From the IMG/VR virus record IMGVR_UViG_3300028829_005178, positions 1 through 24,106 of that record: DNA of 24,106 nucleotides; one strand, written 5' to 3'. Shown piece after piece: positions 16,381-24,106 of this stretch. Source of the stretch: a virus (lineage: Duplodnaviria > Caudoviricetes). The notes under the pieces are model-generated. The model was not told the DNA's origin. It saw only the letters and a list, made by a program, of their open reading frames with translations, and searched no databases. The position numbers were made by a program, and so were the translations under genes. Every line of letters begins with the position of its first letter. Position 1 is the first letter of the stretch.

Positions 16381-17119
16381 ACTAAATCACGCATGGGTTA
16401 AGGCAGCCCTTGAGCAAGCTGATAATGAAAGATCTAAAATATCTGAACGAGAAAGAGAATTACACGGACTATCTTCAACACGATTGAAATGTCTTATTAA
16501 TAATCTCTGTGCTGCAGAAAAAACAAACTACTTAGAGATCGGAGTATATAAAGGATCGACTATTATATCTGCCGTCATGGGAAATGATGTCAAAGCTGTA
16601 GGTGTTGATAATTTCATGTATGATGAGAGAGAACCCAGAAAGTGGGCTCCAGAAGGGGACATTTGGTATAATGTAAAGTCGCAAATGGAAGCAAACATAC
16701 AAAGGTACGATCTCCATCCTGAAACCAAAATTCCAGGGTCAATAACTCTTATTGAAAAATCTTTTGAGGAAGTAGACTGGGTTAAACAACCTAAGTTTAA
16801 CGTATGTCTATTCGATGTCTCGCCTATTAACCAAAAAGTATATGATGATTTTTTTGAAAAAGTTATAGTCTCTTTAACACAAGAATGTGTAGTAGTATTC
16901 ACGGGTCAATCAAATTCTCAACACGCTGAAGAGCTTAACAAAAGTTTACTTCGTCATCAAGATAAGCTAGACATTCAGTATAGTGAACTAAGAATATCTG
17001 GCGGATTAGCCGATGCCACTAGGTATTATAGCGGAGCTAGGATTCTTGGTATTAAGAAAAAGTCAGGATCATTTATCAAAAAACCTACCCCTCCTAAAGC
17101 AAATACTACATCAAAATAA
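16373..17119 (+). CDS. Class I SAM-dependent methyltransferase (Methyltransf_24-like)
   Basis: YLEIGVYKGST, VGVDNF; ATG 16373 preceded by GAGGA. Confidence 0.8.
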   Translation: MSKLNHAWVKAALEQADNERSKISERERELHGLSSTRLKCLINNLCAAEKTNYLEIGVYKGSTIISAVMGNDVKAVGVDNFMYDEREPRKWAPEGDIWYNVKSQMEANIQRYDLHPETKIPGSITLIEKSFEEVDWVKQPKFNVCLFDVSPINQKVYDDFFEKVIVSLTQECVVVFTGQSNSQHAEELNKSLLRHQDKLDIQYSELRISGGLADATRYYSGARILGIKKKSGSFIKKPTPPKANTTSK

Positions 17120-17128
17120 TTTATAAGC

Positions 17129-17161
17129 TTGCATACAAAAGCGCTTGAACTTACGTATAAT
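17129..17161 (+). promoter_or_regulatory. Candidate promoter (TTGCAT-17-TACGTA, overlapping TATAAT 17156-17161)
   Basis: Intergenic gap before 17177 with AAGGA SD. Confidence 0.35.
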
Positions 17162-17176
17162 AAGGATTAACTAAAT

Positions 17177-18031
17177 ATGAAAAAGAAGTCGGCAATCAGC
17201 CTGATTAGCTATGATGCAAATCGTTTCTTAGCGGATAGTATTAAAAAGTACTATAGTTATGTAGATGAAATTGTTCTCGGTATAGATAAAGACAGAATTA
17301 CTTGGAGTGGTAACAGCTTTACTATCGATGAAAATGAACTTTGGTCTGAATTACAGAAGATTGATACTGAAGGCAAAATATCTATTATTGAAGAGGATTT
17401 TCATAAATCTAAAATAGCAATTGAGAATGATAACTATGAAAGAAATTTTTTAAAAGCTCAATGTAGTCATGACTGGATTTTCTCATTTGATGCGGATGAG
17501 ATGTTAGTTAATCCTAAAGAATTTTTCTATGATTACTGTCCTATAGTAGAAAACTACTATAATAAAGTTGATATTTTAATGACCTGGGCTACTCCTTATA
17601 AGACAGTAGAAGACGAGGCTGGAGAATCTTTTTGTTTATTTATATCTAACGAAGATGATACGCCTTTTTTTGGAGAAAACCAAGGAGTTGTAACCTCAAA
17701 AGATAGCACTTACACCTATGCTAGATGGACAGATAAATCAGCAGGAGGAACAGCTAATAGAGTTCGTTCTCCTCTTGTAGCTATTCATTGGAGTCTGTGT
17801 AGACCCGATAGTGAATTACATGAAAAAATTAACAATATTGGACATTCTGACATTGTAGAAAAAGATCCTTTTTATCAAATATGGTCTCAGGTAAATATCA
17901 ATAACTATCACGAACTTCATAATTTTAAAACATCGGGGCTAGGAGAGGCTCAGTGGCCTAAGTTGAGAGCCATTCCTACTAATGAAGTAGAAAATTATGT
18001 TAAAGCACACGTTACAGGAGCCTATCAATGA
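17177..18031 (+). CDS. Glycosyltransferase family 2-like
   Basis: YVDEIV, ERN...DWIFSFDADE (DxD) motifs. Confidence 0.8.
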   Translation: MKKKSAISLISYDANRFLADSIKKYYSYVDEIVLGIDKDRITWSGNSFTIDENELWSELQKIDTEGKISIIEEDFHKSKIAIENDNYERNFLKAQCSHDWIFSFDADEMLVNPKEFFYDYCPIVENYYNKVDILMTWATPYKTVEDEAGESFCLFISNEDDTPFFGENQGVVTSKDSTYTYARWTDKSAGGTANRVRSPLVAIHWSLCRPDSELHEKINNIGHSDIVEKDPFYQIWSQVNINNYHELHNFKTSGLGEAQWPKLRAIPTNEVENYVKAHVTGAYQ

Positions 18032-19191
18032 GAATAGAGATAGTAGGAAAATTCTATGATAATCATTCGCTATCAATTATCAATAGAAAATTAGCCATTG
18101 GTCTAAGTACATCAGAGAATATGGATGTTCATATTACACCATTAGATTCGTTTGATCCGGCACACAAACTTTCAAAGAGGCAAGCAAGAATTATAAAGAA
18201 TCTTGAGGCAAAAGAGCAATCTGAACCACCAGAAATACAAATTAGACATTGCTATCCCCCAGTATGGGCTTGGCCAGTACATGAAATGACAAAAGTTATT
18301 TATATTCAACCCTGGGAGTATGGAAAAGCTCCTTTTGAGTGGCAATATAAGTTTGAAACCTTTGCAGATGCATTAATAGTGCCAAGTAATTATATTGCAT
18401 CAGTATTTAAACAAGGTGGTTTAGATCCTAATAATATCTTTGTAGTACCTAACGGTTTTGATGATTCTATCTTCAATAAAGAAGAAGCAGATGATCACCC
18501 ACTTATCAAAAAAGATAGATTTAATTTTGTATATGTAGGAAATACTCAGTGGAGGAAGGGCTTAGATATTATGCTTAACTCTTGGAGTAAAGTTTTTAAA
18601 AAATATGATAAAACTACTCTCATCATCAAAGATAATCCTGCAATTTACGGTAAAAATAATGCTATCAGCGAAATCATTAAAATGCAGTATAAAACAGGAT
18701 GCGCTGAAATTATTTATATTGATGATGCTTTATCGGATAAAGAAATGGCACAACTATTTAAATTAAGTAAAGCTGTCGTACACCCATATAGGGCAGAAGG
18801 TTTTGGTATGCATATTCAAGAAGCTTTTGCATGTGGTTGTATTCCTATCGTATCAGCAGATGGCCCGACCGAAGACTTTATTCCCTCTGATATAGGGTTT
18901 AGAATTAATGTAGAACAAAAACCTATAGATATTATGGCGGATAATATATTTGCTGCTAAATCAGGTGATGCTATGACTATGATGAGCAGTCACTCGTTTG
19001 CTAATGAACCTTCTGGACAGCACCTAGAAAAAATTCTACAATATGTGTATCATCATCACGATAAAAACGTTATGTTAGATGCTGTAAATAATGTTAAATT
19101 AGAAAATACGTGGGAAAATGTTATAAACCACTATATAAAGGCGATTGAAAATGTCTATTCCAGAAACAAAGTTAACAGATTCAGAAATTGA
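18028..19191 (+). CDS. Glycosyltransferase family 4 (GT-B)
   Basis: VVPNGFD, RKGLD, PYRAEGFGMHIQEAFACG (E-x7-E). Confidence 0.9.
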   Translation: MRIEIVGKFYDNHSLSIINRKLAIGLSTSENMDVHITPLDSFDPAHKLSKRQARIIKNLEAKEQSEPPEIQIRHCYPPVWAWPVHEMTKVIYIQPWEYGKAPFEWQYKFETFADALIVPSNYIASVFKQGGLDPNNIFVVPNGFDDSIFNKEEADDHPLIKKDRFNFVYVGNTQWRKGLDIMLNSWSKVFKKYDKTTLIIKDNPAIYGKNNAISEIIKMQYKTGCAEIIYIDDALSDKEMAQLFKLSKAVVHPYRAEGFGMHIQEAFACGCIPIVSADGPTEDFIPSDIGFRINVEQKPIDIMADNIFAAKSGDAMTMMSSHSFANEPSGQHLEKILQYVYHHHDKNVMLDAVNNVKLENTWENVINHYIKAIENVYSRNKVNRFRN

Positions 19192-19693
19192 TCAGTTTTT
19201 TGCTGATTTAGAAGCTCAAGCAGATAAGGATGAAATATCTCGTCTTGCACACCAAGTGTTAAATAAACACAAAATGCAAGAGCCTACTCTCGAAGAAAAA
19301 GTATTATCTGATTTTCACGGTCACGCACCTATAATAGAGTCAGAATACGAAGGGCAGCTTCCTAAACTCACTGCAAAAGCTAAAATTTATATACTCTCTA
19401 ATCTAGAGCCTGGGCAGATGTTTAGGTTTGGGGTGTCTGGTGGTGGTTGTAGTGGTTTTAATTACCTGTTCGATGTAGCAGAAGAACTTGAAGATGATGA
19501 TATTAAGTTTTGTGATGATCCCCCCTCTGTTGTTGATCCTGAAAGTATAAAGTTTTTGTATGGAAGCACCATAGATTTAGTTACAAGCGGTATGAATAAA
19601 CAATTATCAGTAGAAAACCCAGGAGCTAAAGCATCTTGTGGGTGTGGGACTAGTTTTGCTTATGATGAAGAGCTTTTGGATATGTACCCATGA
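19151..19693 (+). CDS. A-type Fe-S carrier IscA/ErpA/HesB with N-terminal extension
   Basis: GGGCSGFNY and NP.A..SCGCGTSF; ~70 extra N-terminal residues; ATG 19151 preferred over TTG 19145. Confidence 0.9.
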   Translation: MSIPETKLTDSEIDQFFADLEAQADKDEISRLAHQVLNKHKMQEPTLEEKVLSDFHGHAPIIESEYEGQLPKLTAKAKIYILSNLEPGQMFRFGVSGGGCSGFNYLFDVAEELEDDDIKFCDDPPSVVDPESIKFLYGSTIDLVTSGMNKQLSVENPGAKASCGCGTSFAYDEELLDMYP

Positions 19694-20322
19694 CAGATTA
19701 TAATTGGATCACTAAAGAAAGTAAACTTCCTTGGTTGGTCTTAGATATTGATGTTCCTTATAAAGAAATGCACACAGAAGCAGTGTCTCTTAGAGAAGAG
19801 TTTGTAGCCCACAGAGATCAAGACTACGGAGGCGGGTACAGGCATCAAGGATGGAGAAGTCTTTGTGTTCATGGTATAGACGCGTATAAAACTAATCATT
19901 ATGATCAATACGGTTTTAAAAATAACGATGAAGTCCCCTACTGTTGGACACACATAGCAGAGCGTTGTCCGGTCACTGTAGATTTTTTTAAGAATAAGTT
20001 TCCATACAAAAGATATCATCGATTACGTTTTATGTTATTAGAGCCTGGGGGATTTATAACTCCACATGAAGATACTGACCAAAATGTATTATCTCCTGTC
20101 AACATTGCTCTCAATACGCCAAAAGACTGTATGTTTAAAATGAAAGGGCATAAAGGCTTTGTACCTTTGACAGATGGTAAGGCAGTGTTATTAGATGTAG
20201 GAAATACCCACGCTGTATATAATAAAAGTAATGAAGATAGATACCATATTATAGTTCATGGTGTTAAAACTAAAGAGTATGAGGATTTGGTAAAACGCAG
20301 TTATGCGAAAAATGGGAATTAA
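19690..20322 (+). CDS. 2OG-Fe(II) oxygenase, aspartyl/asparaginyl beta-hydroxylase-like
   Basis: RFMLLEPGGFITPHED, H.V.N.S.E.R.HII. Confidence 0.8.
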   Translation: MTDYNWITKESKLPWLVLDIDVPYKEMHTEAVSLREEFVAHRDQDYGGGYRHQGWRSLCVHGIDAYKTNHYDQYGFKNNDEVPYCWTHIAERCPVTVDFFKNKFPYKRYHRLRFMLLEPGGFITPHEDTDQNVLSPVNIALNTPKDCMFKMKGHKGFVPLTDGKAVLLDVGNTHAVYNKSNEDRYHIIVHGVKTKEYEDLVKRSYAKNGN

Positions 20323-21679
20323 TAAAAATTACGTTGTAGGTATATATGATGACTCTAAGTTTAGTTTTCATATGTCACGAGGGCAAAAGTTTAAGGAAAT
20401 AACTGAGTTTTTTACTAGATTTAAATATTTTGGACCTATAGTTGTAGGTAAATCAGTAAATGAAGTTTTAGATAAAGCTTGTGAGCACGGTGTTGATTAT
20501 TGTATAGTCCAATCCGTAGGACATATCATCAAAGATGCTTTCTTTTTTCGTCATATTGAGAAGTGGATAGACAGACAAAACTTTTTTGTAACTGGTCATA
20601 TAATGGATAAAAATTCAAAGAACTTAAATAATCCAGACGGTAAAGAAGGATATTACGGGCTACATAAACAATGTATTTTAGTTAATTTAGATTACTATAA
20701 GAAATTTGATAGACCTGTTTTTGGGGATAAAAACTCGACAAAAGATGAAACAGTGGCAAAAGCTAAAAGACATGTTAAGGATATTCATGACGATTATACT
20801 CCTTTATCTCTAGCACCTACTCAAGAGTCTACTATTTGTACTCCTCTTGTAGATGGATGGAATTTTATAAATACAAGTCTTGAAAATGGTTTGATAGTGT
20901 ATAATTTTCATCCCAAAATAAGAGACCATAAACAGTATCTCTATCCTACCTCTAGTGCTGAAGAACTATCTCAACAACTTTCTTGGATTATTAATATTGT
21001 AGAATACGCCCCTACTTGCGTATTCTTTTGGAATACAGAAAATTATAAAGATCTTAAATATGTTAGTATAGAAAGACCCATTAAAAAACTATACTCAGTT
21101 GCCGCTAGTTTTAAACCTAATATGATACTTAATACTTATGGTTTTGAAGATGACTCAGAAGTAGTATTTTTTGACTACAGCAAGCAAGCTCTCGCATTTA
21201 AGAAACTCCTTTTAACTCACTGGGACGGAGAAGACTACCCTGGATTTTTGAGTTGGGCAGAACAAAAATATAGTATTAATGAGACTAAAGGAGCAGAAAC
21301 AGAGACTAATACTCGACAAGGACTATGGGAACGAGAAATTAGTTGGTGGGGGAATGAAAAAGCTATCAAAGAACACTGGGATAGGTATAAAAAACTAAAG
21401 CACGATTTTATTCACGTTGATATTTGTGAAAATCCTGAGTATGTAACATCCCAAATTACCCCTGATGACAATTCAGTGATATGGTGGAGTAATGCATTTC
21501 ATACAGTTAATGCTCAATACCTAAGAGGTTTACAAGGGGTCACAGATTGTTATAATAAATGGTTAGAACAAATAGCTAATAAAAATGATAGTCTTTACAT
21601 ATTCGGCAAAGACTATTTAGATAAACCAGTAGAGGGTGGCACATTAAAGGAGTACTTAAATGGATATAGAAAGACTTAA
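20303..21679 (+). CDS. Large hypothetical protein (458 aa)
   Basis: Long ORF coupled between two oxygenases; possible Rossmann/SAM-like C-terminal half; start may be 20312. Confidence 0.75.
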   Translation: MRKMGINKNYVVGIYDDSKFSFHMSRGQKFKEITEFFTRFKYFGPIVVGKSVNEVLDKACEHGVDYCIVQSVGHIIKDAFFFRHIEKWIDRQNFFVTGHIMDKNSKNLNNPDGKEGYYGLHKQCILVNLDYYKKFDRPVFGDKNSTKDETVAKAKRHVKDIHDDYTPLSLAPTQESTICTPLVDGWNFINTSLENGLIVYNFHPKIRDHKQYLYPTSSAEELSQQLSWIINIVEYAPTCVFFWNTENYKDLKYVSIERPIKKLYSVAASFKPNMILNTYGFEDDSEVVFFDYSKQALAFKKLLLTHWDGEDYPGFLSWAEQKYSINETKGAETETNTRQGLWEREISWWGNEKAIKEHWDRYKKLKHDFIHVDICENPEYVTSQITPDDNSVIWWSNAFHTVNAQYLRGLQGVTDCYNKWLEQIANKNDSLYIFGKDYLDKPVEGGTLKEYLNGYRKT

Positions 21680-21860
21680 ATTATTTAAAAGTGAAGAAGA
21701 CATCAAGTCGTTTGCTAAAGTAAATGGTTACGGAGATAAGGGTATCGAAAAGCTTATTAACGAGTGGAAAGCAGCCCATGTAGCCCCGACAAAAGAAGTA
21801 AAAAAAGGTAAGAAAAAGTTTGGAATCTTAAGTAGTAATGATTATTCGTCCAAAGACTAA
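21660..21860 (+). CDS. Small basic hypothetical protein
   Basis: 66 aa, AAGGAG SD. Confidence 0.65.
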   Translation: MDIERLKLFKSEEDIKSFAKVNGYGDKGIEKLINEWKAAHVAPTKEVKKGKKKFGILSSNDYSSKD

Positions 21861-22431
21861 ACTAGACTTTGATAACAGTTGGCTAAATAAATTAAAGTTT
21901 GAAGAGCATTCAGACTATGATTTAGCAGGTCATGTAAGTGCTATCGCTGTCAAAAGTGAGTCGGGAAAAGTATTTGATTTTTATAGGTCTGACCCCCTAG
22001 AAATGCCTAAAGATTTTAAATATACTGCTTTATATAACAAGATTGCGGCAGTCAAAAAACTAACAGACTTTTTTCAGATAGAGACCACTAGAGTAAGAAT
22101 ACATCGACAACTACCTGGTCAGACAATCCCTATGCATACGGATGATAATAATATTAAAGCCACTGATTCAGATCACTACAGGTTAAGAATGTTAACTGCG
22201 TTATCGGATAGTGAAGACTTTATTTACAGGTTCTCTATAGACAACGAAATAGAAGAATATTCTCTTAAAAAGGGAGAAAGTATTATATTTGATCCAGATA
22301 AAGTGGCTCATGGTATGATTAATAACTCTAAAACAGATATCAGATACTGTTTCGTTCAGATATTTAAGGCCTACCCAATATCAAGCTGGACAAAAAATTT
22401 TATTAACGAAGAAATAACAATAATGCTATGA
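21838..22431 (+). CDS. 2OG-Fe(II) oxygenase, aspartyl/asparaginyl beta-hydroxylase-like
   Basis: RVRI....PGQTIPMHTD, HGMIN.S...RY. Confidence 0.75.
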   Translation: MIIRPKTKLDFDNSWLNKLKFEEHSDYDLAGHVSAIAVKSESGKVFDFYRSDPLEMPKDFKYTALYNKIAAVKKLTDFFQIETTRVRIHRQLPGQTIPMHTDDNNIKATDSDHYRLRMLTALSDSEDFIYRFSIDNEIEEYSLKKGESIIFDPDKVAHGMINNSKTDIRYCFVQIFKAYPISSWTKNFINEEITIML

Positions 22432-22706
22432 ATAAAGATTTTGGTACAGCTTTTCACAAACCTAATGGTAACGCAGTAAAAGTTACAGTAAACGAATTTA
22501 GAGAAAAATTATATCTTCACATAAGAGAATATACTATGGACGGAGATACTGGTCAGTGGTTTCCTACTAAATCAGGTTTTTCAATACCTGCTGATGAAGT
22601 CAGTTCACTAATACCTTTGCTAGAAGACGCAAGTGATTTAGTAGCTAAAAGATTCATTTGGAATACACAACTAGAATTAGAATTGGAGAATGATTATGAG
22701 TATTAA
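22428..22706 (+). CDS. PC4/YdbC-family ssDNA-binding protein
   Basis: VTVNEFR...YLHIREY....GQWFPTKSG.SI. Confidence 0.85.
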   Translation: MNKDFGTAFHKPNGNAVKVTVNEFREKLYLHIREYTMDGDTGQWFPTKSGFSIPADEVSSLIPLLEDASDLVAKRFIWNTQLELELENDYEY

Positions 22707-23004
22707 AGCTTGGAGCGATGAGCAAGAAGTTGAACTGATACATATGTATACTGAAGAAGACGAAAAAGACGTTCATAAATTAGCGGAACATTTCTCAAAA
22801 GGTTATAGAAGTGTTATAAGTAAGTTGGTTCAGTTAAAAATTTATGAAAAACCAGAAATCTCAGAAGAAGATAAATCTCAAACAGTAAAAGTCATGTTAC
22901 GAGAATTAGAAGATATTCTAGGTATTCAAGTTGAAGGAACTAATCTCAACAAAAAAGAAAACTTAAGTCAACTTTTAGAAGCAATCAAAAAGAGGATAGA
23001 ATGA
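22690..23004 (+). CDS. HTH-type DNA-binding protein, T5 D3-like
   Basis: W..EQ..EL...Y...LA..F.K..RSVISKL....IY pattern; start may be 22696. Confidence 0.5.
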   Translation: MIMSIKAWSDEQEVELIHMYTEEDEKDVHKLAEHFSKGYRSVISKLVQLKIYEKPEISEEDKSQTVKVMLRELEDILGIQVEGTNLNKKENLSQLLEAIKKRIE

Positions 23005-23561
23005 ACGAAAGACATGAAGAATACATGAAACGTCGTATGAGAGAAGAAAATCAACTACAAGATCTAGCTCACGATAGTAAGTATATTTATGAGTCACCAG
23101 ATAACGGAAAAACAGTATACCAAAGAAATCTTGGTTCTACTAAAAGAAATCGTATCGTAAAATCTTGTCCAGAAGAGCAAAAAATATATGATCTTCTTGA
23201 TGTAAAAGTTGCGCCTCAGCAGAGTTCTGACGGTTACAAAGCATTTACTATCGATGTTAGTTATGATAAATCATTAGTTCAACCAGTAAAAATAGATTAT
23301 AAATACAATGAAGACACTTTAATTAAAGAGTTCAAAGCGTATATTGATTCTACTTACAGTGAACACTATTCAAAAGACAAATTTCAAGCTACTGAGTTTA
23401 TCATGGATGGAGGACACGGTACAGGATTCTGTATTGGGAATGTTCTTAAGTACGCTCAAAGATACGGTAAAAAGGGTACTCATGAAGATGCTCGTAAAGA
23501 TTTGATGAAGGTTCTCCACTACGCTTTAATGCAACTTTATGTTCATGATAGTGATATTTAG
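23001..23561 (+). CDS. DUF3310 (SaV / T7 gp1.7 nucleotide-kinase-like) domain protein with N-terminal extension
   Basis: HY...Q..E.I....G.GFCIGNVLKYAQRYGKK...DLMK..HY. Confidence 0.75.
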   Translation: MNERHEEYMKRRMREENQLQDLAHDSKYIYESPDNGKTVYQRNLGSTKRNRIVKSCPEEQKIYDLLDVKVAPQQSSDGYKAFTIDVSYDKSLVQPVKIDYKYNEDTLIKEFKAYIDSTYSEHYSKDKFQATEFIMDGGHGTGFCIGNVLKYAQRYGKKGTHEDARKDLMKVLHYALMQLYVHDSDI

Positions 23562-23575
23562 AGATTTTATAAGTC

Positions 23576-24106
23576 TTGAACTTCCTAATCCTTACTCCCG
23601 ATGGTGTAGGTAGTACCTATCTACAACGAGCCTTAACAGTATATCTAAACAGTGCGGGGTTAGATTATTGTAATACGCATGAGCTATTGAACGGGCTAGA
23701 ACTAGATAAAACCAATATGCTGTTTAAGAACTTCGACTTTGAGTATTCACAAAGTATAGGAGAGATTTCTAGCTTATTAGAAAGTAATCAAGCAAATCTT
23801 GTGAGTAGGATTGCCCAGTACCACGTAGTTGAAAGACAAAAAGTAAAAAGGGAAAATTACGTCCAATTTTATAAACTTTGTAATAAGATGTACGGGAAAA
23901 TCATACACTGCACACGAGACCCTTTTGAATACGCACTAAGTTGGGGTATAAGAAAAAATACACAAAAATTAAATGTATTTAGTATAGAAGAGCGTATCAA
24001 GACCCACGGCGAAAACATAAAACAAGAGATAGATTTAGAGTTTTTTATAGCAAAACTAAATCAGTACAAAGATTATGATTATTGGGTTAGCGAAAGCTTT
24101 TATGAG
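23576..24106 (+). CDS. Sulfotransferase-like P-loop protein, 3'-truncated by the window edge (not in ORF track)
   Basis: TTG start, (M)NFLILTPDGVGSTYLQR and RDPFEYALSW; frame open to the end of the window. Confidence 0.6.
   Translation, partial: MNFLILTPDGVGSTYLQRALTVYLNSAGLDYCNTHELLNGLELDKTNMLFKNFDFEYSQSIGEISSLLESNQANLVSRIAQYHVVERQKVKRENYVQFYKLCNKMYGKIIHCTRDPFEYALSWGIRKNTQKLNVFSIEERIKTHGENIKQEIDLEFFIAKLNQYKDYDYWVSESFYE

Noticed and set aside
16528-20019. Antisense ORFs 16528, 16532 and 19741
   Set aside because: Shadows of the methyltransferase and oxygenase genes
1-24106. CRISPR array, IS elements, introns/inteins, stop-codon reassignment, intrinsic terminators
   Set aside because: No repeat-spacer arrays, transposase or splicing motifs seen by eye; genes read full length in code 11 with TAA/TAG/TGA all used as stops; no convincing hairpin plus U-tract

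Overview
AT-rich, very gene-dense window with many ATGA-type start/stop overlaps. It most likely comes from a large tailed phage of a marine Alphaproteobacterium. This is an inference: there are no structural or replication hallmark genes, but there are DsbA/GapR-like, WYL_2/SH3-like, PC4, T5 D3-like and DUF3310-like ORFs and many short orphans. A divergent sigma70-like promoter region (~4840-4930) separates a leftward block (orphans, GT-like protein, sulfotransferase, DsbA/GapR-like, SGNH protein) from a long rightward block. The rightward block is mostly sugar-nucleotide and glycan-tailoring genes: 2 DegT aminotransferases, 3 SDR epimerase/dehydratases, a hexapeptide acetyltransferase, GT2/GT4 glycosyltransferases, 2 methyltransferases and a second sulfotransferase. 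It also holds an Fe-ADH, IscA/HesB and two 2OG-Fe(II) oxygenases. Embedded are two translation-related genes: ribosomal protein bS21 with a long basic tail, and a complete circularly permuted (two-piece, alphaproteobacterial-type) tmRNA with tag ANDNFAIEDYRVAA, absent from the ORF track. Other notable signals are a candidate overprinted +1-frame ORF with a perfect Shine-Dalgarno inside a GT2 gene, an in-frame ~45-aa internal deletion in the RmlB-like gene, and a probable leaderless transcript. All protein calls are from motif recognition by eye; no searches were run.
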